A DNA stretch of 64,000 bases, from positions 1,790,280 through 1,854,279 of the forward strand of contig CM119265.1 of assembly GCA_051294375.1 (NCBI GenBank). The letters are read 5' to 3'. The stretch comes from Paraspadella gotoi (Eukaryota; Animalia; Chaetognatha). The notes beneath the pieces are model-generated. The model was given only the letters and a program-made list of their open reading frames with translations. It had not been told where the DNA came from and made no database searches. Position numbers and translations under genes: made by a program. Positions 1 to 14,102 of this stretch are shown piece by piece (positions within the stretch are counted from its first letter, which is position 1; each line of letters opens with the position of its first letter).

Positions 1-23
1 AACTACAACCCACAGCCTCTTAC

Positions 24-361
24 CTCCACGCCCTCTCGTAGGCATGAGAGTGTCCCTCTCCGGGCATCATTCCCTCAACGGGATAGTTCTCATAAGCCCA
101 CTCCAACGTCCACGGACGATCCTTTCCGAAGACCCTCAGCTCGGTCGGTCGCTCGTTGATCATCCGGTGATGGTGGCCGAGATCCTCGCCCAAACGCATC
201 TGTCGCTCCACGAACTTCTTGGGGAAGTTGAAGTAGTTGGGCGGGAGGGAAGAGGAGGAGGAAGAGGAGCGGAAGAGAGGGAGGGAGGAGGAGAGGAGAA
301 GTGAGGGAAGGGGGGAGGCGAGAGGGAGAGAGGGGAGAAGACGAAGACAAAGTCGAGGCAT
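24..361 (-). CDS. MRPL24: Mitochondrial ribosomal protein uL24m, first exon (gene runs off the window start)
   Basis: Arg/Leu/Ser-rich presequence, then NYFNFPKKFVERQ...RVFGKDRPWTLEWAYENYP, resembling the invertebrate mRpL24 N-terminus as recalled (NLPKEYIER...RPWT...QQNMP); GTAAG donor at 23-22. Confidence 0.7.
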
Positions 362-575
362 CGCGAGTCCTTTTTATCAAAATATTATTCCTTTTTTCGA
401 TGATTTAAATTTTAAGCCTAAGCAATAACAGAAAAGAAGAATAAATAATGGTAAAAGTAACCAAACAAAAATATTTTGAGGGGGTATAACGAAAAGTCGG
501 TGAGGAAATGATTTCTCATAGTAGTTAATAACAAAAAATTGCGTTTTTGAGGCGAGTGAAATATTCTCATTCTTA

Positions 576-577
<2 letters not shown>

Positions 578-632
<55 letters not shown>
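578..632. repeat. (CT)n/(GA)n microsatellite
   Basis: Perfect dinucleotide run; similar runs at about 2930-2975, 53500-53627, 55819-55867 and 61278-61325. Confidence 0.95.
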
Positions 633-635
<3 letters not shown>

Positions 636-2233
636 TTATGTATCCGCGTCTCTTCGACGCCAAAATAAATGACTAATTAATAAATAGTGAATTTCTAATA
701 TAGCTAAATTAACAAACGGAAAATGAAACCAGTAGAAAGGTTCTCATAATTAAAACCAAGCGGGCTCAAATCTCGGGAGTTTTAGAGTAGACAGAACGAA
801 TTGTAATTAACCGAAAGAGAAAAAAACACGATTCTTAACAAACGTTTGCTTGGTTATATTAATATAGTTTCATCCGAACTAAACTTGCGTCCGAGAGCCA
901 CGAGTTGATGAACATCCCGACGCTGAAAATTTTAAAAATAATTTCATAAATCACGGCGACGTCGTAATTTTTGTGGATAAGTGTAAAAAAAGGCGTACGT
1001 GGTTCGTTTTTTGTTTAAATACTTAATCATACATATGTTTCCCTTCATTTTGTCAGAGTAAACAGGCGAAAAAATAATTAGAGAATAGTAAAATGCGGAA
1101 ATTAATCAATATCTAATGCATAATTGAATAAATTAATTTTCTCCGAGGTTGTATTTCAATTTCGTTCTTTTTCGAATTTCGAGTACATACAGTCTTGAAT
1201 AATTTTTGGATGACCCATAACAAAAACGCTCGGTTGCATTAGGCAAATTACGTAATAAAGTATAATAGGTTTTTTTTGACAATGCAATGAAGCATTGTAA
1301 CAAAATGCCTCGATCATACATAACTTGTAGTTGGTAGTTATAATTGCGGTAATACATAATAGTCATGCCGTAAAAGTTGTGTAGGAAAGTGGAAGGTGAG
1401 GGGAGGGGAATGTGAGGGGAGGGAAGTGTTGTTTCGGTTAAAGATCCTTTGAAAATCACGACGAATACAAATAAAAAGAATTTGACAATACTCAAAAACA
1501 TAAATTTAAAAAAAAAAAAACAAATTAAACTTGACCCCTGAGTGAATTACCTACAAAACTCCAAAATAATTAAACCTTAAATAACCAGAGTCCTCCTAGG
1601 ACGCGCGAGTTTTTCAAACGTGCATGTTTGCGAGTGCAAGTTGCATGTTTGCGAAAGTGTGAACGTGCGGGGAAGCAGGAACTTGCGATATTTCATAAAC
1701 GGACGCGGCAATGCGAATCTACTCTCCTACGGTCACATGCTTTTTAAATCGCTAAATATCAAAGTAGCAGTCAACAAGTATGTACGATATAAATAAAACT
1801 TAATAAGTAGTAAGTACCTATAAATGTTTTTTTTAAATAAGCGTCGATAAAAGTGGCAGCGCGCTTCAAAAAGCCGAAGCGAGGCCGGTAGCGAGAAAGG
1901 GGGAGGGAGAGCGTTAAGGTTTCTTGTTTTTTGCTCAAGTAATATTCTCTTGATTCGTGCTTTTTTTGAGTGTTTTTAAGTTGTTCTATTGGTAATATTT
2001 GTAAATACTTTATAAGGGTATTTTCTTTGTGAGGCGTGAGAGGAAAAAAAAAGTTTTTTTTCTCCCAACGGTGGAGTCTTGAGTTTGTCATTCACTTTTA
2101 TTGCTATTAAGTCGCGCACGAGAGTCATGATCACGCGCCGGTCCAATGTGAACTTCACTGGACCGGTCCAGCGCGTGACTTTTGACATGACGATGGCGAC
2201 GAAAGTCGACGACGACGTGGACGACGTCTCTCG

Positions 2234-2926
2234 TCACCGTTGCTGAGATTCTTCGTAAGATGGCGGCGGCGATCGAGCGACGACGAGACGTCGTTGTCCG
2301 AAGACCTCGCCGAATTCTTGGTCGGCGTCGGCGCGTCCTCCACCGGATATGGCGCCGTAACTGGGCGCCGCTCCGGCGTGTAAGGCGCCTTCTCCGTTGG
2401 CCGTTACGACGAGGGAGAAGTGACGCTCGACGGGAGGCGGCGCCGTCGCCCCGACGAATCCCGCACGGTAGTTGGCGTTGCCGTCGACGAAGCCGTTGGC
2501 GTTGGCGTCGAGAATGGCGTTGGCGTATCCGTGACCGCCGACGACGCCGCCGTTTAGGATCTCCATGGGGGGCGGCGGAGGCGGCGGCGGCGGCGCGTAG
2601 AAGACGAAGGACTGCGGCAGCGGCGACGCGGCGCCGGCGTCGTCGTCGTCGTAGCAGCAGCCGCAACAACAGGCGCATCCGCGTCCCCGATGCAGCGCAG
2701 TAGACGCCGCTGCCACGGAAGCGACAGCGACGACAGACTCGAGGAGAGCCGCGCAGAGGAGGCCAACGTTGAGGGAGACCATGGTGGAGTAAGCGCGGGA
2801 GCAAGGGTGGCCTTGGGTGGAGCGGAATAGTGGAGCGAAAATTGGTTATCCGTCGTGGAAAAAGAAAAAATTGAAGGGGGGGGAAACTCGATATGATATT
2901 GGTACATGCAACATTGCAAGTAAAGT

Positions 2927-2981
<55 letters not shown>

Positions 2982-3645
2982 GAATCGATGGTTACAAAAC
3001 TGATAATCCCGTTCGGACAAGTCGTGACTCGTCGTGGCGACCAAGACCGCGGCGAGGGGAAAGACGTCCACGACCGCAAGCACCAAGAACGCCGTCAAGT
3101 GGCAATTGGAGCGGCGCCGCGCCGCCACGCCGCCCACAACGCCCGTCGTGAGAAAGAGGACGCCGGCCCAAACGCCGGCGCCGGCGGAGGAGGTGCTGTA
3201 GACGCGATCGGGAGATTCAGAGTCCGAGTGGGAGGCGGCGACGGCGGTGGCGGCGATCTGGGAGGAGGAAGGGGTGACGGAATCCCCTCAATATATCACA
3301 ATCAAGTGACATCCCAATCTTTTATCACAAAAACACTTTCACTATCACAAACTTTAATACAAACCATATCACAAACATTATGACAAACACTCACAAAATC
3401 ACTTAAACACAAACTTTATCACAAAATCACTTTCACTATCACAATCTTTTATCACAAAATGTTACCTGTAATGGAACGACGACGATAGCGACGAAGGCGT
3501 GAGAGAGGGAGAGGAAGGCGAGGAGAGAGGGAGAGGCGTGGGGGTTGATTCCCAAGGGAGGAAGAGGAGAGGAAGAGGCGGTGGAGGCGGAGGAAGAAGC
3601 GGAGGGAAGGAAGGCGGCGGCGGTGGAGGCGGTGGCAGGACGCAT
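2234..3645 (-). CDS. MS4A/CD20-like four-pass membrane protein (exons 3645-3466, 3257-2978, 2811-2234)
   Basis: Spliced product has four hydrophobic segments, including GAGVWAGVLFLTTGVVGGVAARRRSNCHLTAFLVLAVV (CD20-like GxWxG motif), a Cys cluster GCACCCGCC and a C-terminal PPPSY; GT-AG junctions keep the frame. Confidence 0.65.
3293..3460. repeat. Degenerate ATCACAAA(A) tandem repeat filling an intron
   Basis: Many TATCACAAA/ATCACAA units visible. Confidence 0.8.
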
Positions 3646-6210
3646 CCTCGTCGTCGTTCGCGGTCAACGATTTCACGAGAGATAAACGCGTCGGATGTTT
3701 TAAGTCATGTGTAGATTTTTATAAGCGTTTTGTTTTGTTTAGTTTTCATAAAATGACTCGAGAAAAGTAAGTTTAAAAAAACAAACAATTCCATGATGAG
3801 TTGTGTGCGCGAAGGTTTTTTTTTTTTAAATAGTTCGACGATGTGCATTAAAAAAAATTAAAAAAATGGTCTGAGCAAAATTCGATTTAATCGAGTTTCA
3901 ATTAAACGTGTTTTTGTTTTCTTCATTTGCGGAGAAATTGAAGTCTTTTGTCCCATGAAAGACTCATATCCACGGAGAGAAAAATGGGGGAGGGGGAGCA
4001 GGATGGGAATCCGAGGGAAGAGCAGGGGGGGCTTTGTGTTTCTGTTTAAGACACCTGCAAAACAGCAAATTTGTTAAGTAACAAAAAATACCATTATTAT
4101 ATTTATGTGTTCGTATTGGAAAAAGAAAATATGAGACGAATGTTATGGATTCAATTTTGTATGAATAATTATAATAACGTTGATATTGCATTCGGGAAAT
4201 TATGGTTTTAATATGTACATAAAACCAAAAAAAAAAGAAAAAGATATGATTGGTCATCGTTAAATATAAAAATACGTTGCTCAACAAAAAATAGAATGTG
4301 TATATAACGAATTTCGTGAATTTGATATAACGAATTAACTGCTGGTCGCCAAGGGTGCGAAATATAGAACCTGATATGGAAGAAGAATTTCTCGTCAAAA
4401 GAAAACGAGAAAAAATTAATTATATCAAAAGCGACGAAAAGAATCTTTCCATATATCATTCTTAAAAATTCTTAATAAAATACTATTTTTAATCGCCGGT
4501 TTTGAAAAAGATTCCTCTCTCAAACGTTATGAGAAAATTCCGACTCGATCAAGGAATAGAATTGATAATCAATAAAAATTGCGTCAAAATGTGCGCGAAA
4601 GTGAAAACTTTGGATGGGTTACTATATCATGATTTTTTTACGACGATTAAAAAGACGGCATGCTTCAAGTTGAGAGCGAGCAAAGAATGACAAAGTGTGC
4701 GATCTAAAGAAAAATCAAACAGGTCATCCCATTCCTCGGGGCTTTATATTAAAATTTTTAAACAATAAGTTACTAAGTAATAAATTTCGAATATGGACAT
4801 TGGACTATAACAATTATCAAAACTAACGTTCAACCGATGTATAAAAATAGAAACGTCTCAATGTGTTTAATTTCCAAAGCACTACAAGTAACAAATTTTA
4901 GCAGAAACGAAAACCCAACTTTATTTCCCCCAAGACATAATTTTTAAGACGTATTTATCACGTGAAATGTATTTGTGAAATGTATTTATCACGTGAATTG
5001 TGAAGTGTGCGAAAAGTACGATTAAAGAGAACATTATTAATAACTGAAAATATAATAAACTTTTGAACGAAACCAGAAACCTAACACCTTAACAAAAAAG
5101 GCCTAATCTAACAGAAATTATTGGGACAAAACCAGTAACTCAAGTTAACCCAAGGTAAATATGAATGAAGAGATTGCGAAAGACTAAAACGGAAATGAAA
5201 AAAACAAACAAAAAACAATGATTGCCAGATTCCAAGCGATGAAAGAAGAAAATGAAAATGAGGTTTTATCTTTTTGGATCGAAGTTAATCTTTGACTAGA
5301 AACTAAGAAACGAACGAAACGAAATCGATATTAAAATTCAAAACGGAATAAAAAGTGCTCGACGCTAATCTACGGGAATCGAATTGATAAAATAATAGAA
5401 ATGTGATCCCCACCAGTTTTTTTAAACGAGACACCCCACCCCCCTCCCCTCAATTTCTGTCAAGCGACGATACCTCTCAAATATCACGGAATCAACAACT
5501 ACGAGCTATGAACTAACTAAACAAAATAATTAGATAACATTAAAAACCAAAAAAGTAACAACTCGGGTTTTAAAGTCAAATTTAACCTGGGATGAGATGT
5601 TTTTGTTTTGTATTTATTTAATTTTTTTATATATTTATTTTTTTATTATTATTCTCCCTTGATGAAATGGTATATGAAATTGGTACAACCGATAATCCCA
5701 ATATGGAACTTACGAATAATATTAATAATATAATAATATTAATAATATAATAATAATAATAATAATAATAAATAACAATATTAAAGTTGGGGGCAATGGT
5801 TCCATCTGCTGAAGTTGCTATTTTTTTTGGTAATGCTTCCTACGAAGTTGAGCCAAAGTTTAACAAAACAAAAACAAAACATTTGAGCGTTTAAAAGAGA
5901 TATCGATAGGACAATCGATATCTTTTTCAAAGAGATATTGATAGGACAATCGATATCTCTTTCAAATGAAAACTGGAAGTCAGACGCGTCTATTTGAGCG
6001 AAATACGTTATTATCGCCACTGAAATGAAATTCACTCAATCGATCGTCGAAAACAACGTGAGTTCGAATCGCCTTGAGTGAAAGGAAAGAGTGAAAACGA
6101 AATAAAGATATGCACCACTGTTTTAGTTGAGAAGTTTCTTTGCGTTTGTTTGTTTTATTTAAAACAGATATAAATCTCAATCCACAACGTTTTTCTCTCC
6201 CCCTCTATTT

Positions 6211-9200
6211 TTAATCTTCCTCTTCAGCATCAAAAGATTCCACCGGCGACAAAACTCCGCCGATTCCGGCGGCGGCAGATTTGGCGGCGGCGGAGGCGCC
6301 GCCTCCCGAACCAGCGCCGGAGCCACTTCTCCCTCGCAACGCCGCCGTCGCCGCCGCACGCAGCAGCAGAGAATCGGGAAGGATTCCGGTAGCGATGCCG
6401 GATTCTCGGCGCCGACGATCGTCGTCTTCTTCCGTCGCCAACGACGAAGCCAAAGATTCGCGCCGCGGATCGTCCTCTCCACCCGCGACGCTGTCCGGCC
6501 GCGGCGGCGGCAGCAGCACCGGGGGAAGCGGCAGCGGCCGCGGCGGCAGCGCCTCCGCCGCGGAATCGGGTCCTGGAAAAGGGCAGGCGTCGGGTTCGCG
6601 ACGTCGGCGCCGCGACGACGAAACGGAGCAGCCAGCTTCCGGCGGGGAAGGCAGGGACGGAGGGGAAGGAAGGGAAGGGAGGGAAGGAGGGGTTGGCAGG
6701 GAACAGGGCGGAGAGGAAGGGGGACAGTCTTGAGAAGGAGAAGAGGAGGAAGAGGCTGAGGAGGAGGAAGAGGTAGAGAAGGATTCGTTCTCGGCTGGAG
6801 TCAGATTGGAATGTTGATCGTGCAGTCGGAGGAGGAGTTGATCGTGCTGCGGTTGATGGAGAAGCTGAGGTTGCTGGGGCGACGGATGATTAAGATGATG
6901 TTGTTCGACCGGCTTGGAGGACGACGACAAATTGGTGGAAGACGAGAGTCGATGATGCGGAGAGACTCGATCCGACGTCGACGCCGCCACCGGAGATTCC
7001 AACGACCCCACGGCGCCAGAGTCTGCCGATACCGTCGAGGATGGTCGATCGACGCCGGGCGACGCCGTCCGATCCTCATCCGGCGTCGCCTCCTTCGTTT
7101 CCGGCGACGCGACGCCGAGAAGAGGGACGCCGCTTTGGTGATGCTGAGTGGAGGAGGCGTCGAAAGTTTGAAGACTGGAATCGAGTTGGCGAAGAGGGCG
7201 CCGCTTCGAAGAGGGAAGAGGAGACGACGTCGCAGATGGAGACAGAGACGAAGTAGACGCCAGCAGAGCCGCAGGATTCTCCGCGGCGACGCCGCCGCAG
7301 CCGACGCCGGAGGACGGCGAGGAACCCAACTCGTCGATCTCGTCGTCGAAGGTTCGTTCTTCGCTGGGACCGGAAGTGGAGGCGACGGAAGTGGATTGAG
7401 TCGCCGCTGAAGGAACGTCGACGCCGCTGAGGAGAGAATCGTCGAGAGGGCGGAGATGGAGGTGTGGGTGAGGTTGTTGAGGGTGGAGGTGGTGGTCGAC
7501 GACGAGATGAAGGGCGGGAAGAGGAGAAGGAGGAGAACGAGGTCGTTTGAGAGGCGACGAAGGCGGAGAGAGAGACGATCCGCCCGCCGCCAACGCCGCC
7601 GCCTCTTGACGAAGAGCTTGGACGGTGACGGCGCCGGAGTGACTGAATTTGGAAGTGTCTTCGGCGACGCGAAGAGGAGGTTTGACGCGGAGACGAGTCG
7701 GGGACGACGATGAGTCGTCGTCGTCATCGTCGTCGTCGTTTTTATCGTCGTACATTCGTCTTTGCATCATTTCTTCCTCCAACAATTCCGTCGCCGATCC
7801 TCCTCCTCTTCCTCCTCTTCCACATTGCGGCGCTCCTCCGCGGCGTCCCGAGGCGCCCGAAGAATGGCGCCGTAAATCGGGGCGCGATTCGTGAGGCGCG
7901 GCCCCATAGTTCCAGGCCAACGGCGCCGCGACGACGATGGAAGGCGCCAGTTCGTCGTAAGTGTCGTAGCCGAGAGGAAATCGCGCCGGATGATGATGAT
8001 GATGATGATGACTTCCGGTAGAATTTGCGGAGAGTTTGGAATCCCGCGCGTTGTGATGGTGACTCCCGTTGCTGCTGCCGCTCACTCCGCCGCTCGTGCT
8101 GCCGGTGCTGCCGCGACCGACCAACGAGGAACGGGCGGCCGCGCTGCCGCAGCTTCGAGAATCGCTGCTTCCGCCGCTGGCACCGTCGACGCCGCTCTTG
8201 CCGCTGCCGCCGCTGGAATCAGAGGCGGCGTCGTGACGGAGAAATCGGCGCCGCTTGCGGGATTTGTAGATGACGAGGACCCAGACAAGCGAAGTGCCGA
8301 CGACGCAGACGACGACGACCACGACGACGATGCCGATGGTGGCGGCTGCGTCGGTGAGGGCGCCGCCAGATTCCGCGGAAGCTGCGTCGTCGTCGACGAC
8401 TACGTCAGAGACGATGCCGGGTGAGATGCCGGAGACACCTTGAGGGGTGTGATTTCGAGTTGATAAATCTCATTTGCATATTGTCGTGTTTTGATTAATA
8501 ATCGATAAAAGACATTTAAATGCCCAATTTCCCATTCCCTTACCTTTAACGATATCCAGTCTGGCTTCCTGCTTGGCCGTCCCCAAAGTGTTGGTCACAA
8601 CGCAGGCGTATTTCCCCGCGTCGTTCATCTTCGCTTCCGTCACGAGGAGGATTTGATCGCCGCCCGTGAGAAAGTGACGCGGCGTCATCTCGAGTGGCGC
8701 CCCGTTTTTGAGCCACGTCACGCGGGGGCGTGGCGATCCATCCACGCTGAAAGGGGAAAAATTACGATTCTAGAAATTCCCTTTTTCTTCGCGGCTTGCA
8801 GATAGATCGTGTCAACTATCAACTATAATCAAACCACATTGAAACTAACTCCTCACATTTTCCGCCAGCGAAACTCACCTGCATTCCAACACGGCCGTCG
8901 CTCCTTCCCTGACCCTCTGTCTCCGCGGGGTCATGGGCTTGACGAAGAAGGGCGTCTCCAACACGGCCAAGGACGCGTTGGCGACGATGACTCCGGCCGC
9001 GTTGGTCGCCGCACAAGAGTAGGTCCCTTCGTCGGCCGGCTTGACGTCCGTGATGAAGAAAACGTGCTCGTCCGAACTCTGCACGTGCATGCGCCGATCT
9101 TGGGCCGCGGGAAAGTCGTGCCCGCCGTCCTTTTGCCAGGCGATCTCCGGCGGAGGGCGTCCGTCGGCGGCGCACTCGAGGCGGGCCGTGCTTCCGGCCT

Positions 9201-12200
9201 TCACAGTGACGTCGAGCGGCGTCTTGCGAAAAACCGGAAACGTGTAGACGTTGACGACGGCGCGTTTGGAGTAGGAGGCGCCGAATCGGTTGGAGATCAC
9301 GCACTGGAAGGAAGTGGGAGGGTGGGTGGCGAGGAATATTGAAATGAATTAGATGAACGAATGTATGAATGAATGAGATGAAAAAACGAAGAAAAAAAGG
9401 AACTAATGAGGGATTAAACGAACCTGATAAAGTCCCGAGTCGTCGTCACGAATGTCAACGAGATGAAGCACCGTAGTGAATCGTGTCACGACTGCGCCTT
9501 CTTCGTCGTCGTCGTTGTCATCGTCGCCGGGTTCCGGCGCGCCCTCCGTGGAGGCGTAGTTGTCCACAGGCGCGTCGGAGATGAGGATGTCGTCCTTTTT
9601 CCATTGGAAAGTCACGGGCGTGAGGGACGACGAGGCCGCCGTGCACTGGTGAGGACGATGAGAAAAAGAAACCCAAAGTTAAACGAAGAAGCGGCGACAT
9701 TTAAAAGAACATGTTAGTTTCCAATTACTAGCACTCATTTATCAAGCTTTCAAGGCCCAATCTTTTATCATACAATTTCCAAGACAATTAATAAAACAGC
9801 AAAACCATTAATAAATCGATTACTCTCACCCCATCACCCCAACCTCTCCCGACAAACCTGCAAGGAGTCGTTCATTCCCTCCAACAAGGCCAACTTGTCC
9901 CTCGGCTGCGCGATGATCACCGGCTTCGGAAAATCCTGACACCGGAACTCGTCCGGCGCCACTTCCGCCACGCGGCGTCCCTGGAGCGCCGGCGGGTGAG
10001 CGCAGACGGCATCGATGGCGTCTTCGTCGGCGTCTTCGTCGGCGTCGGCGAGGGTGTCGACGAGGTAATCGGGAAACCAGGAGAGTTTGCAGTCGCAGAG
10101 GAAGTTGGAAGAGTTGAGCCGGAGATGGAGGAGGGAGGGGAGGTGGGAGAAGGCAGAGGGTTGTATCGAGGCGATGGGGTTTGAGCGGAGGTCGAGATCG
10201 CTCAATCTGGAGAAGACGTAACCCAAAAATAATTAACCAATTTAATAATAAATCTAATTAATAAAAAATATAAAAAAACAGCGACGAAGGTCACGAAGAC
10301 GATAAAATCGCCGAAACAATTTGTGGGTTTGGTGAACAGATCCACGCAACCAACTCGGTCGTGTTCATTGTTATATAAGTAAGCTTAATAGATAAAATAC
10401 TATTCTGCAGCCGATGCTAAGGTTTTACGCCAAGGGTCTTTAAATCGACAATCACAATATTACCGGAACCTCAAATCCCCGGTCCCTCTCCCGACTTCAC
10501 CCCACAGCCCCCTGACCTGGTGAGCCCGACGAAGGCCTTCTCGGCGATGGACTTGATCCCGTTGTCCCTGAGATCGAAGGCGACGAGACTCTCGAGTCCC
10601 GCGAAGACGCCCTTCATGTCCTCGACGACGGTGGAGGCAGAGTTGTGGTCGAGGAGGAGGCGTTCCAGGTTGGGGAGGCGACGGAAGGCCTTCTCCGCCA
10701 CGTGGCCGATGCGGTTGTGGCTCAGGCGGAGGGACTGAAGGAAGGAAGGAAGGAAGAATAAACATTAAGTGATAAGGACAACAGTAAACTGAGAATAATC
10801 ACTTTTTATGTAAGTTTCAATTTATCACCAGCGATTACTTGGCTGCGATTGCGTAGTTTTTTAAAATCAATAAATTTAAATCTTCCATTAAGTAACTACT
10901 CCTACAGAACTAGTTTCAATGGTAATTTCCACCAATTATCCCCTCGACCAACTCACCGTCAACCGGCCCAGCTTCCTGAACGTGTCCTCCTCGACGGCCC
11001 TCAACGCGTTCCATCCAAGATCCAACTCCTCCAGCGCCCCGCAACTCTCCCAACTCTCCGCCCCGACCCTAGAGATTTGATTGTGGGCGAGGACGAGGCG
11101 CTTGAGGCCTCCCAACCCGTAGGTCCACTTCTCGTCGACGGAGGTGACGTTGTTGACGTCCAAGTGCAGCGTCTCCAGCGACTCGAGACCCCAGAAGCAG
11201 CCGTCGGACAGGAGGGCGACCCTGTTGCGGCGGAGACGGAGAATGCTGAGTCGGCGGAGGCCGTAGAAGGAGAGACCTTCGAGTTCGCGGAGGCGATTGC
11301 GGCTCAAGTCCAGGGTGAGGAGGGAGGAGGAAGAGGAGGAGGAGACGAAAGTCTCGCGGGGGAGTTTGCCAGAAAGTCTGAAATGGATTAAAGAATATTT
11401 AGGCGTTGGATTAGCGAATGGATTAAGAAATTGAGCGAATTGAAACCAAGGACCGACCGACCTATTCTTATTGAGCTTGAGCGTCTCCAACATCCCCAAG
11501 TTGTTCATGGCTCCCTTGACGATCTTCTCCACGCGATTGTGGGACATAGAGAGGGAGAGTAGGCGCGACTCTGGAGGGAAGACGTCCTCGAGGACGACGA
11601 GGCGATTGTGGCTGAGATCGAGCGTCTCCAGGTTGGAGAGCGACGCCAGGTGGGCGTGGCTCAGGTTGGAGATGGCGTTGCGATGTAGGTGGAGATGGCG
11701 GAGTTTGGGAGAGTCCCTCTGTGTGAGTGGATGAAGAAAAGAATTTATGAGAAATAAAGTTGAGAATTTTAATAATATTTAATAATAATTTTAGACTTCT
11801 AGAGTTTAGATGTCAACTGAATACTAACTTACTATGTGTATTAATTTTAATTTACATGATACCGATTAATTCAATAACCAAAATATTGAAATTAACGTTA
11901 ACATTTCTATATGACAACAGCTCCCCTCCCCCTCTGGCCCTTGATAACCAACCCAACCCTTCTCACCAAATTTGGAAACTCCTTTAACTCGTTCCTGTTC
12001 AGCTTCAACTCCTCGAGGTCGACCAACCCTCGGAACGCCCCGTCCGCGATCTCCGTCATCCCGTTGTTCGCCAGATCGAGTCTCTTCAATTTGACGAGGA
12101 AGCGAAAGTCTTCGTCGCCCAGCGCCGCCACACGGTTCTGCTGCAGCTGGAGCGCCGTCGTCCACGAGGGCGGATCCTGCGGCACTGTGGCGAGCCGGCG

Positions 12201-12494
12201 CCGGGCGCAGTCGACGAGAGTGCCGAGACAAGAGCAGGGTGTCGGGCAGAGGACGGGGCCGGGCAGAGGGGCGGAGGTGGAGGGAGGAGGGATCGTCGAC
12301 GTCGTCGTCGTCGGCGAGGAAGAGGAGGAATAAAGAGGCGTGGTGGGCGAGAGTTGGCTCCGGTGCAGCTTCAAGCGTCCCGTCCGCTCGTCGACGAAGC
12401 TGCGTTGACCGAAGTCGTTGAGGACGTCGTCGCGGAGGTCGGCGGAGGAAGAGGAGAGGAGGAAGAGGAGGAGGAAGACGAGGATTCGCCGCAT
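6211..12494 (-). CDS. LRIG: LRIG-family protein: signal peptide, LRRs, LRRCT, 3 Ig domains, TM helix, long low-complexity tail (9 exons)
   Basis: CPTPCSCLGTLVDC LRRNT; many LxxLxLxxN repeats; NSSNFLCDCKLSWF...CAHP...EFRCQDFPKP LRRCT; three Ig domains (WKKD, WQKDGG, WLKNG); TM VVVVCVVGTSLVWVLVIY, typical of LRIG1/3; canonical splice sites traced. Confidence 0.92.
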
Positions 12495-13652
12495 GATGTT
12501 CGAAAGAAGGACAATGTTTTTTTAATTCGGAGCTTTTTTTTTTTTATATTAAAAAGCGATTCTTTAATCAATATTATTAATATTCTTAAAAAATTAACGC
12601 GTCGACGTTTTAACGTCTCAGGTCTCGTCCGTCCGAAGTTTGATTCATCTTGACGAATCGACGACGACGACGACGACTAAGGGAAGACGAGGATGATTTT
12701 CGTCGTCGCAGCAAGTTAAGTTGCTGCGGAGATGTTCAAATTTGCTGTGGCAGGACTCGTAGCGGTTGTTGCTGCATAGAGGTTTTTTATCCTCGTTCAT
12801 GATGCGAATAAATGAGGTCTTCGTTGTTGTTGTTGTTGTTTTCCGCCGAAAGTCTTCGTCGACGGAGAAATTGGAAGACGTCTTCATCTGAGGGTCGGAA
12901 GATCAATAATAATATGATATATTGGTTGTACCAATTTCATAAATACTTTCAAGTTGTTAATTGTGGCGACTGGTGACTGACAAAAAATAAGGGAGACGTT
13001 TCCGGTCTGAAGTTGTTGCCTTTGTAAATAACGAATTAAGGTGGGCAAAAAATTATAATCAATGTTGATAAAAGATTAAGAGAAAAAACTGAAGAGCGAG
13101 AGGAGCAACAAGATAAGATTTAATGAAAGGAGAAATCACCCCCGATTATTTATGGAATCAACCTCATTATTTATCACAATTTATTCAGAAAACTCGGATT
13201 ATTATATTATTTATAAAATATTTTCTCCGAAGATAATTTAAAATATACGAAGCAGGAAACTCGTTTCCTCGTTAACCCATTTCTCGAGGCGAGAGAACGA
13301 CAGAGACAGCGAATATGGAAACGAGAAAGCGCGAGAGAGAGAGAGAGAGAGAAAGGGTCGTTTAGGGCTAATTTATGCGAGGCTCTCTGAGAGAAGCCAG
13401 GGCGCGGCCATGACGGACGCTGCCGCTCCGCAGTGCTTATCAGGAACGGACCTGGGGAGGGGGAAAGGGCTGTGAAGGGCGAGGTATGGGATACGTCGTA
13501 TGGTATGGGATACGTCGTTCAGGTCGAAGTCTCGATCGTCCAGCGCCGAGAGGAAATCACCGGAAACCGGATAGAATTACGGCGCCGATAATAAAATAGT
13601 TTTGCGAATGAGATCGAGGCAATGAAAATCGGCCGAACAAGCGAGCTGACCC

Positions 13653-13666
13653 GTCGTCATGGAAAC
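13653..13666 (+). promoter_or_regulatory. RFX X-box upstream of the ciliary gene DAW1
   Basis: GTCGTCATGGAAAC fits the GTHNYY-AT-RRNAAC X-box consensus, about 440 bp before the DAW1 ATG. Confidence 0.6.
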
Positions 13667-14102
13667 GAAGATGCGGAGAGAGGAGCAAGATTTCCAGATT
13701 AAAAAATTCGAAATTAGCGTTAAGCGATATGATAAAATTTTGTTTAAGTATGTAATTCGTGGCACTTAATATATTAATTAAAAATAATTCAGTTTGGCGT
13801 ATTTAAACCAAAAAGACATGATCTTTTAAGATCGTTATTCGGATCTGTATTTGTACAAAGGGGAAAAAATCGTACAAATTATTTTCCCTTAGTTATAAAA
13901 TAAACAACTTTTAGATCTAAACTAGATTGAATAGTAATATACTAATAACTAAACGTGACAAAGCCTAAAATTGAGTTGAAATTTCCTGTTCGTAAAAATT
14001 ATATTGTAAATTATTCGCTTAAACTCAATGAACACATTTAGGGATCAGCAAAAAAAAGGATTTTAAAACACTAAAAAAGCCGACGACAACAACAACGACG
14101 AA

